64,000 bases of DNA, from contig CAWGMQ010000007.1 of NCBI GenBank assembly GCA_963823665.1, positions 864,001-928,000 on the forward strand, read 5' to 3'. The stretch comes from an uncultured Planctomycetota bacterium (GTDB taxonomy: Bacteria; Planctomycetota; Planctomycetia; Isosphaerales; Isosphaeraceae). The notes under the pieces were generated by a model. The model was not told the DNA's origin, made no database searches, and was given only the letters and a program-made list of their open reading frames with translations. Made by a program: the position numbers and the translations under genes. Of this stretch, positions 22,855 to 33,712 are shown in pieces. Numbering within the stretch: the stretch's first letter is position 1; the number at the start of each line of letters is the position of its first letter.

Positions 22855-24206
22855 CGCCCCGCCAGATCGTCGCGGAGCTCGACCGAGACATCGTCGGTCA
22901 GGCTGCTGCCAAGCGCGCCGTCGCCATCGCGCTGCGCAACCGGTGGCGGCGCCGCCAGCTTACCGAAGAGCTTCGCCAGCAGGTGACTCCCAAGAACATC
23001 ATGCTGATCGGGCCGACCGGCGTCGGCAAGACCGAGATCGCGCGGCGGCTGGCGATCCTGGTCGGTGCGCCGTTCGTGAAGGCCGAGGCCACCAAGTACA
23101 CCGAAGTCGGCTATGTAGGCCGCGACGTCGAGGGGCTGATCCGCAACCTGGTCGAGGCGGCGATCATCCTGGTCAGAAACTCGGAGCGAGCCAAGGTCGT
23201 CGCGCAGGCCACGGAGCGCTCGGAGGAGCGTCTGCTCGACATGCTCCTTCCTCCTCCGCCGCAGTCGACCACCACCTGGCAAGACACCGAAACGCCCCAG
23301 GCCGCCGAGGCGGGCGAGCGCCGCCAGCGGTCGCGCGAGAAGATGAAGGCGCGGCTTCAGAGCGGCGAGATGGAGGACCGCGAGGTCGAGATCACGTTTC
23401 CCGGCCGATCGGTTGCACCGGTATCCATCCTGGGCGCGGGCAATCTCGAACAGATGGAAATGGATCTTCAGAACATGTTCGAGAAGATCATGCCCAAGCA
23501 GTCGCAGACTCGCAAGCTGCCTGTCAGGCAGGCCAGGCCGATTCTGCTTCAGCAGGAAATCGACGCTTTGCTCGACCCCGATAAAATCAACCAGGCAGCC
23601 GTGAGCCTGGCCGAGGAGTCGGGAATTGTCTTCATTGACGAGATCGACAAGATCACCACCGACGAGGGCTCGAGGCGCGGGCCCGACGTTTCACGACAAG
23701 GCGTTCAGCGCGACCTGTTGCCGATCGTCGAAGGCACAACCGTGAACACCAAGCATGGCCCGGTGAAGACCGACCACATCCTCTTCATCGCCGCCGGCGC
23801 ATTCCACGCGTCGAAACCATCGGACTTGATGCCCGAGCTTCAGGGACGTTTTCCAATCCGGGTCGAAATGCACGACCTCACACGCGACGATTTTGCCCGC
23901 ATCTTGCGGGAGCCGCGCGCTTCGCTGCTGCGGCAATATCAGGCTTTGCTCGGCACGGAGGGGATCGCGCTCGAATTCACCGATCCCGCGATTGAAACGA
24001 TGGCCGACCTGGCCTATCACGTGAACCGGTCGACCCAGAACATCGGGGCCAGGCGGCTGCACACGATTCTGGAACGCGTGCTCGAGGACTGTAGTTTTGA
24101 TGCTCCGGATATGAGCGAGAAGCGAGTCGTGGTTGATGAGGCGCTCGTGCGGCAGCGTCTTGAGGCGCTCTCGCAGGATGAGGACTTGAGCAGGTTTATT
24201 CTCTAG
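22824..24206 (+). CDS. hslU: ATP-dependent protease ATPase subunit
   Basis: [45 protein letters not shown]. Confidence 0.97.
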   Translation: MPDHQPERELTPRQIVAELDRDIVGQAAAKRAVAIALRNRWRRRQLTEELRQQVTPKNIMLIGPTGVGKTEIARRLAILVGAPFVKAEATKYTEVGYVGRDVEGLIRNLVEAAIILVRNSERAKVVAQATERSEERLLDMLLPPPPQSTTTWQDTETPQAAEAGERRQRSREKMKARLQSGEMEDREVEITFPGRSVAPVSILGAGNLEQMEMDLQNMFEKIMPKQSQTRKLPVRQARPILLQQEIDALLDPDKINQAAVSLAEESGIVFIDEIDKITTDEGSRRGPDVSRQGVQRDLLPIVEGTTVNTKHGPVKTDHILFIAAGAFHASKPSDLMPELQGRFPIRVEMHDLTRDDFARILREPRASLLRQYQALLGTEGIALEFTDPAIETMADLAYHVNRSTQNIGARRLHTILERVLEDCSFDAPDMSEKRVVVDEALVRQRLEALSQDEDLSRFIL

Positions 24207-24257
24207 GGCGGGCGGGAGCGAATGACAGGGCGAACGATTTCGGTGCGGGGAGCGGGC

Positions 24258-24280
24258 GGCAGACGGAGTCTGCCTGCTAC
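24258..24280 (-). repeat. GTAG-type REP hairpin (copy 2)
   Basis: GTAGCA-GGCAGAC-TCC-GTCTGCC between convergent genes. Confidence 0.7.
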
Positions 24281-24298
24281 AATTGTCTCGGACGAGAA

Positions 24299-25644
24299 TC
24301 AAGCTTCGAGGCGGCTCGTCGAGGCCGATTCTCCAGCGAGATAGCCCGTGCTCCATGCCGCTTGAAAGTTGTAGCCGCCGATCAGGCCGTCGAGGTCGAG
24401 GATCTCGCCTGCGAAGAAAAGGCCGGGGACCAGGCGGCTTTCGAGTGTTTTCGAATCGACTTCCGCCAGGGCGACACCGCCGCTTGTCACCTCGGCTTTT
24501 TCAAAGCCGAGTGTTCCCGTGATCGGAAGCGTAAGCTCCTTCACGGCGCTGACCAATCGGTGGCGTTCGTCGCGGGAGAGATCCGGGCCCATGCGATCGG
24601 CTGGTATCGCGGCGACGGTGAGCAAGCACTCGCCGAAGCGGCGTGGCAGGGCGTCGGGCAAGAGTGAGATCACGGGCCGGCGGCCTTGGCGGCTTTCGAG
24701 TTGAAGCTGCCTGTCGAATGCCTCTTGCGAGACATCCGGCTGGAAGTCGATCCGAAGTGCCTGAGTTTGGGATTCAGCGGCGCGGGCCGCGGCTCGGCTG
24801 ACGTCGAGGATCGCCGGGCCGGAGAGTCCGCGGTGTGTGAACAACACGGCCTCGCGACGGCGCGCGAGCACCGTGGTTCCGGCAACAATGGATACAACGG
24901 CGTCGGGAACGCTCAGTCCACGCAGGGCGGGGACCCAGTCGGCTTTTACTTGCAGGGGAACGAGAGCGGGCTTGGGCTCGATGATTGTGTGTTCGAACCG
25001 CCGTGCGATCGAGTAGCCGTCGCCGGTCGTTCCGCAACCCGGGTACGAACAGCCACCGACGGCGACGATCACTCGCGGCACGGTGATTGTTTCGTCCGGG
25101 AATCGCACGGCTAGCGCGGGGTTCGGTCCGGCGCCCGATTCCAGACGATCGATTGCCAGGACCGGAGTCGAGCAGCGAACCTCGGCGCCGAGCGCTCGAG
25201 TCGCTGGACCAGCGCGTCCAGCACCTGCGCGGCTTTATCCGAGACCGGGAAGATCTTGCCGTTGGCTTCGACCTTGGTGGCGACTCCGGCTTGTTCGAAC
25301 ATACGAATGGTTGCGTCGACGTCGAACCGGCGCAAGGCTGGGGCGAGGAATGCGCCGTGATCGCCGAACGCTTGCTGCATGGCCCGGATGCCGCGGGACT
25401 CGGTGGTGTCGTAAGCGGGGTCGACCGGGCCGGACACGCCGTCGAGGCGGCGCAGGCCTCTGGCGTTTGTGATGTTGCAGCGGGTGCCGCCGGAGATGAG
25501 GATTTTTACGCCGGGGCGGCGGTTTTTCTCGGCGAGGAGCACCCGGGCGCCGCACTCGGCTGCTCGCGCGGCGGCGATTAGACCCGCCGCTCCGGCGCCG
25601 AGCACGACGAGGTCGTAGTCACGCATGGGCTTTGTGCTTGTCAC
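24299..25644 (-). CDS. HI0933/YhiN-family NAD(P)/FAD oxidoreductase (frameshifted near 25100-25190)
   Basis: GAGAAG, KILISGGTRCNITN, GTTGDGY, AEVTSGGV, GGYNFQAAWSTG. Confidence 0.88.
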
Positions 25645-25647
25645 GCG

Positions 25648-26277
25648 TCAGGGCAACAGATCCGCGACCGGGATGCGTCAGACCTCGGCGCCTGCGATGA
25701 CAAGCGGGATCTCCTGGCCGCGCGTGCAGACCTCGCAATGCCGGTAGCCGATGGGCTCAGACGGACCGCTGGGGCCAGAGTAGACCTCGACCTGCTCTTC
25801 TACCAAATTAATGATCCAGTAAACGGACACTCCCCCCCCGCCATAAACGCGAGCCATCAGGTTGCGATCGTCGTCAAGAGACGAGTCCGCGACCTCGATG
25901 ATGAGGCCCACATCGGCCGGTTCGGGATGACGCGCTCTGAAATCGCGAATCTCGCCTCGAGCCACCAAGAGGTCAGGCTCGGGCAAGCTTGCCCGGGCTG
26001 GAATTCGAATTGGGCGTTCACTCCGAAGGTGCCAGCCGGGCGGTAGCATTCGATCAAGCCTCGCGCGACAGAGCTCAGCGGCGACCGAATGCGGGGGATC
26101 TTGGGCCATCTTCGCCACCAGGTACCCTTCGATCAGTTCGACTCGGTCGCGCTTCGTGAACACGCCAGATTGCACCATCGCCTCATACTTGTCGATGCTC
26201 AGGCGGTAAAGCGAACGCGCAATCGGTGGCGAAGTACGCGGAAACGAGCCAGGGTAATTCGCAGTTTTCGTCGTCAT
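25648..26277 (-). CDS. Uma2-family endonuclease-like protein (premature TGA at 25678)
   Basis: RVELIEG, PEPDLLV, LIIEVADSS, YWIINL; tail RIPVADLLP follows the TGA in frame. Confidence 0.85.
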
Positions 26278-26450
26278 CGCACTCGCGTTGCAGTCGGAAC
26301 GCCTCGGCCGCGATCGGGCGTTACTACCCGAATTGGCCTCGAGGACTCATTTTATCGGACAGACGCCGGTGCCACAATCGCTGGTTGCAGCACTTCGTTC
26401 TACACTGATGCCCTCGAGAGACCGCCGGTAATCCGCAGTGGCGGCATCCT

Positions 26451-27790
26451 TCACATCGTCGTGAAGTAATTCATCACCGCGAAGTCGAAGTACTCGGGCT
26501 TGAGCTCGAGGGGAGCTCGTTGTAGATGCAGTAGCTGCGCACTTGCATCAAGAGGTCGCGCGGGTGGCAGCAGCGGAACGGGCGGCCGGAACGCTGGTAG
26601 TGCGCCTCGATCAGATAGTCGATGGCCGATCCGCCCGAGTCCTTGAAGCCTAGCTTCGCGGCCAGCGCTGCGATCATCTTGCGGAAGCCTTGCTCGGTGG
26701 GGTTGGTCGCCTCGATCTTGTACGGGATCCGGCGCAGAAACGCTTCGTCAACGAGCTGACGGGGCTCGAGGTTTGTCGAGAAGATGATCAATTGATCAAA
26801 CGGCACGCGGATTTTCTTGCCGTTGGCCAGGCTCAAGAAGTCGTAACGTTTTTCCAGAGGAACGATCCAGCGGTTCAAGAGCTCGATCGGCTGCATTCGC
26901 TGGCGTCCGAAGTCGTCGATCAAGAACGTTCCGAGATTGCTCTTGAGCTGTAGTGGAGCTTCGCTCACCTTCGTAACCGGGTCGTAGTGAATCTCGAGGT
27001 CTTCCATCCTCAGCTCGCCGCCGGCGACTATTGTCGGGCGCTTGATCCTGATCCAGCGGCGGTCGAAATCGGATTCGTCGAGCAGCCCGCTCGATTGCTC
27101 GATCTCGACCGGCTCGTGGTTGGCCATGTCGAGCAGCTTGAGAATCTGCCCCTCGACGTAGATCACGCGCGGAATCCAGACGGTCGTGCCGAAACAGCGG
27201 GTGACTCGCTCGGCGATGCTGGTCTTGCCGTTTCCCGGGTAGCCGTAGAGGAACAGGCCGCGGCCGGAATTGATCGCGGGGCCGAGCAGGCGCAGGGTTT
27301 CGTCGGCGATCAAGAGGTCTGAAAACGCGTGCCGCAGGTCTGCTTCCTTGGGATGCTCAGTCGTGATCGTTTGCTCCGAAACCGAACGAAGATAGTCGTC
27401 GAACGGCACCGGTGCCGGCCCCACGTACGCACACTCCTCGAAGTACATTCTGGCGCGAGCCCGGCCCGCGTCCGTCAGCGAATAAACATAGTCATTCGCC
27501 GATGATGAATCGGCATAAGCGAGGAACTGCTGGTTCTTGAGCTGGCGCAGGAAGTCGGGAAAGGGACGGAACGGCAGGCCGAGCTCCGCGGCGATTTTGC
27601 GGCCGCGCGCCATGCCGCAATTCACCAGGAACTTGAAAACCAGACCCTCGACGATCGCGGTGTTCAGGCCGGCCTCCTCGAAGCTCGAGGGGGCGCGGGG
27701 ATAGAATGCAGGCTTGCCGTTTGACGCGGAGCTGCGGGTGAGAACTGCGGATGCCGGTGCGCTCAAGAGCGGAGCCTCCTGTCGAATCAT
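26451..27790 (-). CDS. AAA-family ATPase (frameshift near 26510)
   Basis: Walker A GYPGNGKT, FLIDDFGRQ, DEAFLRRIPYK. Confidence 0.85.
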
Positions 27791-27926
27791 GAAAAAACGC
27801 CGGCCACATGCCATCCGATTTGACGGACCGTGCGCAACTTTAGGTCGCGGATCTCGGTGAGTCAAAATCCAGGCGGAGAGTCGCATTCAGCCGGCGGGGA
27901 GACTTTCGGTCTGTGAAGAGGGCGTG

Positions 27927-28042
27927 GTCGGGAGACCTGCGTCCAACCCGGACGCACTTTCGCGGAGCGAAAGGCGACATTGGGGCGTAGTCGGGAGATC
28001 CGCGCCCAACGAGGACTTACCTTCGCGGAGCGAAGGTCGACA
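27927..28042. repeat. Composite REP cluster (A-B-A-B)
   Basis: GTCGGGAGA..GCG.CCAAC twice, alternating with (CT)TTCGCGGAGCGAA hairpins ending CGAC. Confidence 0.65.
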
Positions 28043-28077
28043 GTGGAAAGCAGCAGACCCACGTCAAACGCTTGGGC

Positions 28078-28566
28078 TCAAACCAATCGTTCAGCCAGCC
28101 GGTCTGCCAGGTGTTTGTCGCCCGGCGGCGGGTGGAATCGAGCGCTACGGCTGGATGGCCCGGTCAGGGTCAGGTCGATCCACCAGGCGTCTGGCGGGAT
28201 CACGCTGCGCACACGGTCTGCCCATTCGATCAAGCAGATGCCATCGCCGGCCATGTAGTCGGCCATTCCCAGGTCGAGGAACGCGGCTGGATTCTCGAGC
28301 CGGAAGACGTCGGCGTGATAGATGGGGATGTCGCCCGAATATTCATGGATCAAAACGAACGTCGGGCTCGAAATCGCATCGGGATCGACGCCGCGCGCTT
28401 CGGCGATTGCCCGCGCCAACCGGGTTTTGCCGGCCCCGAGCGGGCCGACCAGAGCGATCGCGACCCCGGGTTCTGCAAGCCGGGCGATCGCTCGGCCCAG
28501 CCGGACGGTGTCGTCCTCGGAAGCGAGATCGATTTGCACGGCGTCGTTCACTCGCACCACACGCAT
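28078..28566 (-). CDS. tsaE: t6A biosynthesis ATPase
   Basis: GPLGAGKT, ISSPTFVLIHEY, HADVFRL, LIEWA. Confidence 0.95.
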   Translation of the reverse strand: MRVVRVNDAVQIDLASEDDTVRLGRAIARLAEPGVAIALVGPLGAGKTRLARAIAEARGVDPDAISSPTFVLIHEYSGDIPIYHADVFRLENPAAFLDLGMADYMAGDGICLIEWADRVRSVIPPDAWWIDLTLTGPSSRSARFHPPPGDKHLADRLAERLV

Positions 28567-28626
28567 CGTTTTTCTTGCCGTGTCCGGGAGTTATGGTTTC
28601 GATCGAGTATCGGGCGGCTCATTCTG

Positions 28627-29589
28627 TCAGGACATTCCGGTGCGGAAGTGGTCAAAGCCACGCGAGGGGATTGGCCTGAGCGTGCCGTCAGAAGTGCGAA
28701 GCATGAACCCATGCGCCGCGGTGATCTCGCCGATCGCAATGAGCGTGGTGCCGACGGGTGGCTCGGCCAGCAGGCGCGCGGCAAGCTCGGGGGCAACCAT
28801 GATGCACAGCTCGAAATCTTCTCCGTCGCAGAGCGCGTGCTCGAGCGCAGGGACGCCGTCATGTGCGCTCAGGTCGTGCGCATCGGGATGAATGGGAATT
28901 GCGGATTCATCCAGAACGGCGCCCAGATCGCCGCTTTCCGTCAAGATGTGGGCGAGGTCGGATGCGAGGCCATCGGAGATATCGATCATGGCGTGCAGCG
29001 GTGCTCGTTGATGGATTGCCAGGGCCTCGGCGACTCTGGGCTCGGGGTGCAGGTGGCGGCCCGCGTGCAGGCTTCCGCCGAGGGCACCGGTGACCATAAT
29101 CACGTCGCCCGGCATTGCGCCGCTACGGCGTACGGGGCCGCGGTCGGTGGCCTCGCCGAGCAGGGTGACGCAGATCACGCACTGACCGTTCCACGCATTG
29201 GTATCGCCGCCGATCAAGTCCACGTGAAATCGTTCGGCCAATGACTCCATTCCCGCGTAGATTCCACGCCCCAGCTCGCCGGCGCCGTTTTGCGGCAGCG
29301 CGACCGCGACGAGAGCCGCGCGGGGCACGCCGGCCATTGCGGCAATATCCGAGAGGTTGACGGCGAGGGCTTTGTAGCCCACACGCTCGGGCCCGTCGTG
29401 CTCGAGCCGGAAGTGGCGGCCGTCCATGAGCATGTCGGTGGTGACCAGCAGACTCGAATGCGGGGCCACATCGAGAATGGCACAATCGTCGCCGATCGCC
29501 AGCTTGGTGTGCGGGCTTCGGAGCGCCTGCGCGCGCTGGCGGATCCAGTCGATCAGGCCGAATTCGGTGTTGGGGTCGGTCTTATGCAT
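28627..29589 (-). CDS. thiL: Thiamine-monophosphate kinase
   Basis: IGDDCA, AVNLSDIAAMAG, GGDTN, IDISDGL, GEDFEL, GFDHF. Confidence 0.95.
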   Translation of the reverse strand: MHKTDPNTEFGLIDWIRQRAQALRSPHTKLAIGDDCAILDVAPHSSLLVTTDMLMDGRHFRLEHDGPERVGYKALAVNLSDIAAMAGVPRAALVAVALPQNGAGELGRGIYAGMESLAERFHVDLIGGDTNAWNGQCVICVTLLGEATDRGPVRRSGAMPGDVIMVTGALGGSLHAGRHLHPEPRVAEALAIHQRAPLHAMIDISDGLASDLAHILTESGDLGAVLDESAIPIHPDAHDLSAHDGVPALEHALCDGEDFELCIMVAPELAARLLAEPPVGTTLIAIGEITAAHGFMLRTSDGTLRPIPSRGFDHFRTGMS

Positions 29590-29601
29590 TTGTTCATTCG
29601 A

Positions 29602-30739
29602 TCATGTTTTTCCGACCACGAACCCTCGAATCGCTTGCTCTGTTGCTTGCTCGAGGAGTTCTGCGGCGTGCCTGACAGCTTCTTCCAGCTCGATCGGACC
29701 GGGACAGATCGAGAAGTAAGCGTCGATTCCGTGGTCGAGGACGGCCGAGGCGCCGGGGCCGATCGAGCCGGCCAGGGCCAGCACCGGACAGCGCAGCGAG
29801 CGCGCCAGGCGGGCGACGCCGACGGCCGTCTTGCCGAAGGCGCTCTGACCGTCGATGGAGCCCTCGCCGGTCAGACAGAGATCCGTATGAGCGAGACGTG
29901 ATTCGAGATCGGCCGCTTTGATGACCAGGTCGATGCCCGGCGCGAGCTTGCCGTGGGCAAATGCGACCAGGCCACCGCCGAGCCCGCCGGCGGCGCCCGA
30001 GCCGGGCAGACCTTTGATGGCAATGCCCAGGTTCTCGTTCGACGATCGACGCGAAATGTGCCAGATTGCGGTCGAGGGTCTCGATCATTGTTGCGTCTGC
30101 GCCTTTTTGCGGCCCGTAGACGGCGGAGGCGCCCGTCGGGCCGCAGAGGGGGTTGGTCACGTCGCAGGCGACAGCGACGTCGATCGCGTGGAGCTCGGGC
30201 CGGCGCCCGGAGGCATCGATTCGCGACAGCTTGCCGAGGCCGCCTCCGCCGGGCTCTAGCTCGCGCCCCTCTGCATCAAGCAGGCGAAATCCGAGTGCCT
30301 GGCCGAGCCCCGCGCCGCCGTCGTTGGTGGCGCTGCCGCCGATTCCCACGATCAGGCGTTTCGCGCCAGAGGCAATTGCGGCGAGCATCAATTCGCCGGT
30401 GCCGCGGGTGGTTGTGACGAGCGGGTTGCGCTTCTCCTTGGGCACGAGCACGAGCCCCGAGGCGGCGGCCATCTCGATCACGGCGGTGCGACCGTCGCCG
30501 GAAAGGCCGAACCTGGCCCGCACCGGCTCACCGAACGGCCCGGTGACGACGGCTTCGTGCGCGGAGCCCGCGGTGGCCGCGACCAGAGCGTCGACCGTGC
30601 CTTCGCCACCGTCGGCCATCGGCACGCGGTCGATTGAGGCGCCCGGGCATGCCCGGGTCACGCCGCGTGCCATTGCCGCGGCTGCATCCGCGGCAGACAG
30701 GCTCCCCTTGAACTTATCGGGGGCTATCACGACTCGCAT
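29602..30739 (-). CDS. Glycerate kinase (GarK/GlxK type; frameshifted near 30030 and 29890)
   Basis: IAPDKFKGSLSA, PMADGGEGT, GGSATNDGG, YGPQKGA. Confidence 0.9.
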
Positions 30740-30896
30740 GGCGGTCAGCCTGGCGAAGGCTCATCCCCTGGCCGCCGCGCGGTGCAGAAGGCTTCATCAG
30801 GGATGCTCGACGCTTCCCATGGAGCATACTCAATCGGCCGGGATCAATCCACGACGAGCGCGCCAGGAGGGCTTCAGAAGCGCCGAGGGCTGAAGC

Positions 30897-32461
30897 CTTT
30901 GTCCTTACCATCATCTTCATCATACCGATGAAGATACGTCGATGATAGCCTCGGCGCCCCGGATCATGATCTGCAGCTTGTCCCAACCCCGCCAGATCGT
31001 CATCCAACCTGGCTCCCCATCGTGGCGGCGGCCCAGGAACCCTCCCAGCTTGGCCAACTCCCGAAAAAATCCTCCCGCAGTTAATATTGTCGTGGGCGTC
31101 AATCTGCGCACCACCTTCAGCATCATCACGTATTTGGGCGGTACCACCTCGGTCGCAGGCTGCTCGGGAGCTGTCCGCGCCATTCCCTTCAACTGGAACA
31201 ACCGCAGTGCTTCCACAGACATCAATCCCATCATGGCTTCGAGACGATCGCACGTCTTGAGCTGGCGACGTTCTACCTGAAAGCCTGTTTTCAGGACCTT
31301 GTGCCACTCCTCGATTAGCCACCTCTTCCCGTAGTACCCCACGATCGCCATAGCATCTTCAAAATCCTCCACCAGCAAAGAAGTGTAAAGCACCCACTCG
31401 ATCGCCTCCACTCCGTCGGCAGCATCTACCTCGCGCACCCAGACGACCCACATGGGGATCGCCGCGGGCTTGACCTGCTTCAGAAATGGGCTTTTGAGTT
31501 TCGGCGTCGGCATCCGTAAGGCCCCGATGGCGACCACCAGCTTGGCCGTCCGAGCCGGTGCTTTGGGGCGAGCCCGCAGATTGAGCGTGTAACATCCAGC
31601 CCGCGGCAGGGTCCCTAAGTAGGCTTTCAGCGGCGTTTCCCCGCTCTCCGGCGTGATAATGATCCGGATCAGGCTCTTGGCTCGCGCCACCCATTCGGTT
31701 TCTGTCTGCTGGCAGTGATAGAAAAACTCAAAGTCGTCGGCGCCACGATCAACTACGTGAATCCAGGAGGTTCCCGACGGCGGGGATCCCATTTGGATGA
31801 CAAGATCACCCCAGATCTGTGATTCGCGATCGTCACGCTGCAACCGTTCGGTCCGCGTCTCCCCCTTACGAACGCGCTGACGATGATAGATCAGTTGTCC
31901 GGCCAAGCCGTGAACCCGGTCGTCTTCGGGGGAAACCATCAAACCCGAGCGAAGGTGAAAGCCTTGTCCGATACCCGAACCAACCGGCGAAAGACCTGTG
32001 ACCTGTCGGCACGGCCCGTAATCGATTTCGGTCGTGTCTGCGATGATCAATTGACGCTCACCTGCTGTCTTCTTGGTAAGCTCCCAATGGTGACTGGCGA
32101 TCGCTTGAAAGGTGACGTCCCCACAATCGAAGAAATTGTATGCGGCCCTCAGATCATTCCAGGATTCGGTTTGCTGAGGAAAACTCCCGGACGGATCTGC
32201 GGCGATCTGCGTTGCCAACAGAACGAGTCGTTTGGTACGGCGTTCGTCATGAAGATCAGTGGTGGCGAATTGGGTCATGGCCCAAGTCTGCGCATCTGAA
32301 AGAAAGGCGTCCATCCGAGGCTCCGGCGGTTGAAACGCGATCCCTCCCCCCCACCTCAGCGTGTGGCTTGGCTTGATATTACCAGGTGCGAAGCGAGAAA
32401 AGCCGGGAAAAGGCCGGGGAAGCGCACCTATGACCACCAGAAAATGATGGTAAGGACAAAG
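30897..32461 (-). mobile_element. IS4-family (IS50/Tn5-like) insertion sequence, intact
   Basis: TIR CTTTGTCCTTACCATCAT at 30897-30914, inverted at 32444-32461. Direct repeat GCTGAAGC on both sides (10 bp GGCTGAAGCC if the ends are placed one base inward). Confidence 0.92.
30920..32314 (-). CDS. IS4-family transposase, 464 aa
   Basis: DLHDERRTKRL, ADTTE, DRGAD, YGKRWLIEEWHKVLK (YREK), LGGFLGRRHDGEPG. Confidence 0.95.
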   Translation of the reverse strand: MDAFLSDAQTWAMTQFATTDLHDERRTKRLVLLATQIAADPSGSFPQQTESWNDLRAAYNFFDCGDVTFQAIASHHWELTKKTAGERQLIIADTTEIDYGPCRQVTGLSPVGSGIGQGFHLRSGLMVSPEDDRVHGLAGQLIYHRQRVRKGETRTERLQRDDRESQIWGDLVIQMGSPPSGTSWIHVVDRGADDFEFFYHCQQTETEWVARAKSLIRIIITPESGETPLKAYLGTLPRAGCYTLNLRARPKAPARTAKLVVAIGALRMPTPKLKSPFLKQVKPAAIPMWVVWVREVDAADGVEAIEWVLYTSLLVEDFEDAMAIVGYYGKRWLIEEWHKVLKTGFQVERRQLKTCDRLEAMMGLMSVEALRLFQLKGMARTAPEQPATEVVPPKYVMMLKVVRRLTPTTILTAGGFFRELAKLGGFLGRRHDGEPGWMTIWRGWDKLQIMIRGAEAIIDVSSSV

Positions 32462-32500
32462 GCTGAAGCCCGTGGCTATTGACCGGCGCCCCGTTGGGGC
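32461..32500. repeat. GTAG-type REP unit interrupted by the IS
   Basis: GGCTGAAGCCCGTGGCTATTGACCGGCGCCCCGTTGGGGC; 39/40 identical to 38482-38521. Confidence 0.8.
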
Positions 32501-32664
32501 GGGGATTCGGGTCGCGCACGGGTTCGGATCAAGGATTGTCTCGGACCGACTGGCACCGCGAGGATCTCCGCAGGTTCTTGCAGCCGGTGCTCGATCCATT
32601 CGTGGCGAAGCGTTGGCAGCGACTTGCTGGAGCATTGACTTGCTGGAGCATTCTCGAAAGGCTA

Positions 32665-32681
32665 ATATTGGAGTTCGATAT
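32665..32681 (+). promoter_or_regulatory. Candidate PadR operator
   Basis: ATATTG-N5-CGATAT palindrome just before the padR RBS. Confidence 0.45.
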
Positions 32682-32696
32682 CGGAGGCCGAAAGTT

Positions 32697-33071
32697 GTGA
32701 GCGAGTTGCTGACCAAGATGTTCTTCGGCGGGTTCGTGCGAATGCACGTGCTTTACCACGCCGTGAAGGAGCCTATTTTCGGCGTGGAGATGATGGAGGA
32801 GCTTGGGCGGCATGGTTATGACGTCGGTGCGGGGACACTTTACCCGATGCTCCACGGGCTCGAAGAGGCCGGCTACCTGTCCGTGCACACAGAAGTTGTG
32901 GCCGGCAAGCAGCGGAAGTACTACCGGGCCACGCCCCTCGGGGAGGCCGCCCTTCGAGAGACCAAGGTCAAGCTGCGGGAGCTTGTTTCCGAGGTGCTTC
33001 ACGACAAGCCGCCCAAACCTTCAATCCAGCTCGACCAAGCGACGGGGAATCGGCGCAAAACGAAACCTTGA
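32697..33071 (+). CDS. PadR-family transcriptional regulator
   Basis: GTLYPMLHGLEEAGYL, RKYYRATPLG; RBS GGAGG. Confidence 0.9.
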   Translation: MSELLTKMFFGGFVRMHVLYHAVKEPIFGVEMMEELGRHGYDVGAGTLYPMLHGLEEAGYLSVHTEVVAGKQRKYYRATPLGEAALRETKVKLRELVSEVLHDKPPKPSIQLDQATGNRRKTKP

Positions 33072-33094
33072 TCGTAACCGAGGAGAGTCCGAAT

Positions 33095-33643
33095 ATGATC
33101 CAGGCTCGCGTGGCGTCGGTCGTGCTGTCTTTCCTCTTGGTGATGTTCTCAAGCGGTTGCGAGCGATCGTCGCCCGCGGCATCTTCGCAGACCCCGCCCG
33201 AGGACTTGGCCGCTCGCGTCAAGGCGGTCGAGGATCTGATCCCCTCCCAGTCGCACATGATGGCGGACGTCGGCGATCACTTTACGAACCTCTGGTTCGC
33301 CGGAGAGGCCGAGAACTGGCCGCTGGCTGACTTCTACCTCGGCGAGACCAAGGCGCACCTACGGTGGGCAGTGCGCCGCATCCCGATCCGCAAGGACAAT
33401 AAGGGTCGCGACATCAACCTGGGGAACATCCTCGCTGCCTTCGAGAACAGCCAGCTCACGCAATTAAAAGGCAGGATCGACGGCAAGGACAAGGCCGGCT
33501 TCGAGAAGGTCTACAAGGAGAGCCTTGCGACGTGCTATTCGTGCCACAAGGCGGTTGATAAGCCATACCTTCGGCCTCAGGTGCCAACCGAACCCGCGTC
33601 GCGTATTATCAATTTCGACCCCAAGGCCACCTGGCCTCTCTGA
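33095..33643 (+). CDS. Lipoprotein mono-heme c-type cytochrome (helical, class II-like)
   Basis: Lipobox FSSGC; single CYSCH near the C-terminus. Confidence 0.75.
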   Translation: MIQARVASVVLSFLLVMFSSGCERSSPAASSQTPPEDLAARVKAVEDLIPSQSHMMADVGDHFTNLWFAGEAENWPLADFYLGETKAHLRWAVRRIPIRKDNKGRDINLGNILAAFENSQLTQLKGRIDGKDKAGFEKVYKESLATCYSCHKAVDKPYLRPQVPTEPASRIINFDPKATWPL

Positions 33644-33712
33644 AGTGACGGACCAGCACCCACCAGCCGGACATGACACGGCCGCAATTTAGCGCCGGAA
33701 TGGATCGAGCCC

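Noticed and set aside
25678..25680. Selenocysteine TGA in Uma2
   Set aside because: Non-catalytic position 10 codons from the end; a single substitution or error is simpler.
32315..32716. N-terminal extension of the 598-aa transposase ORF
   Set aside because: It runs beyond the terminal inverted repeat; homology begins at ATG 32314.
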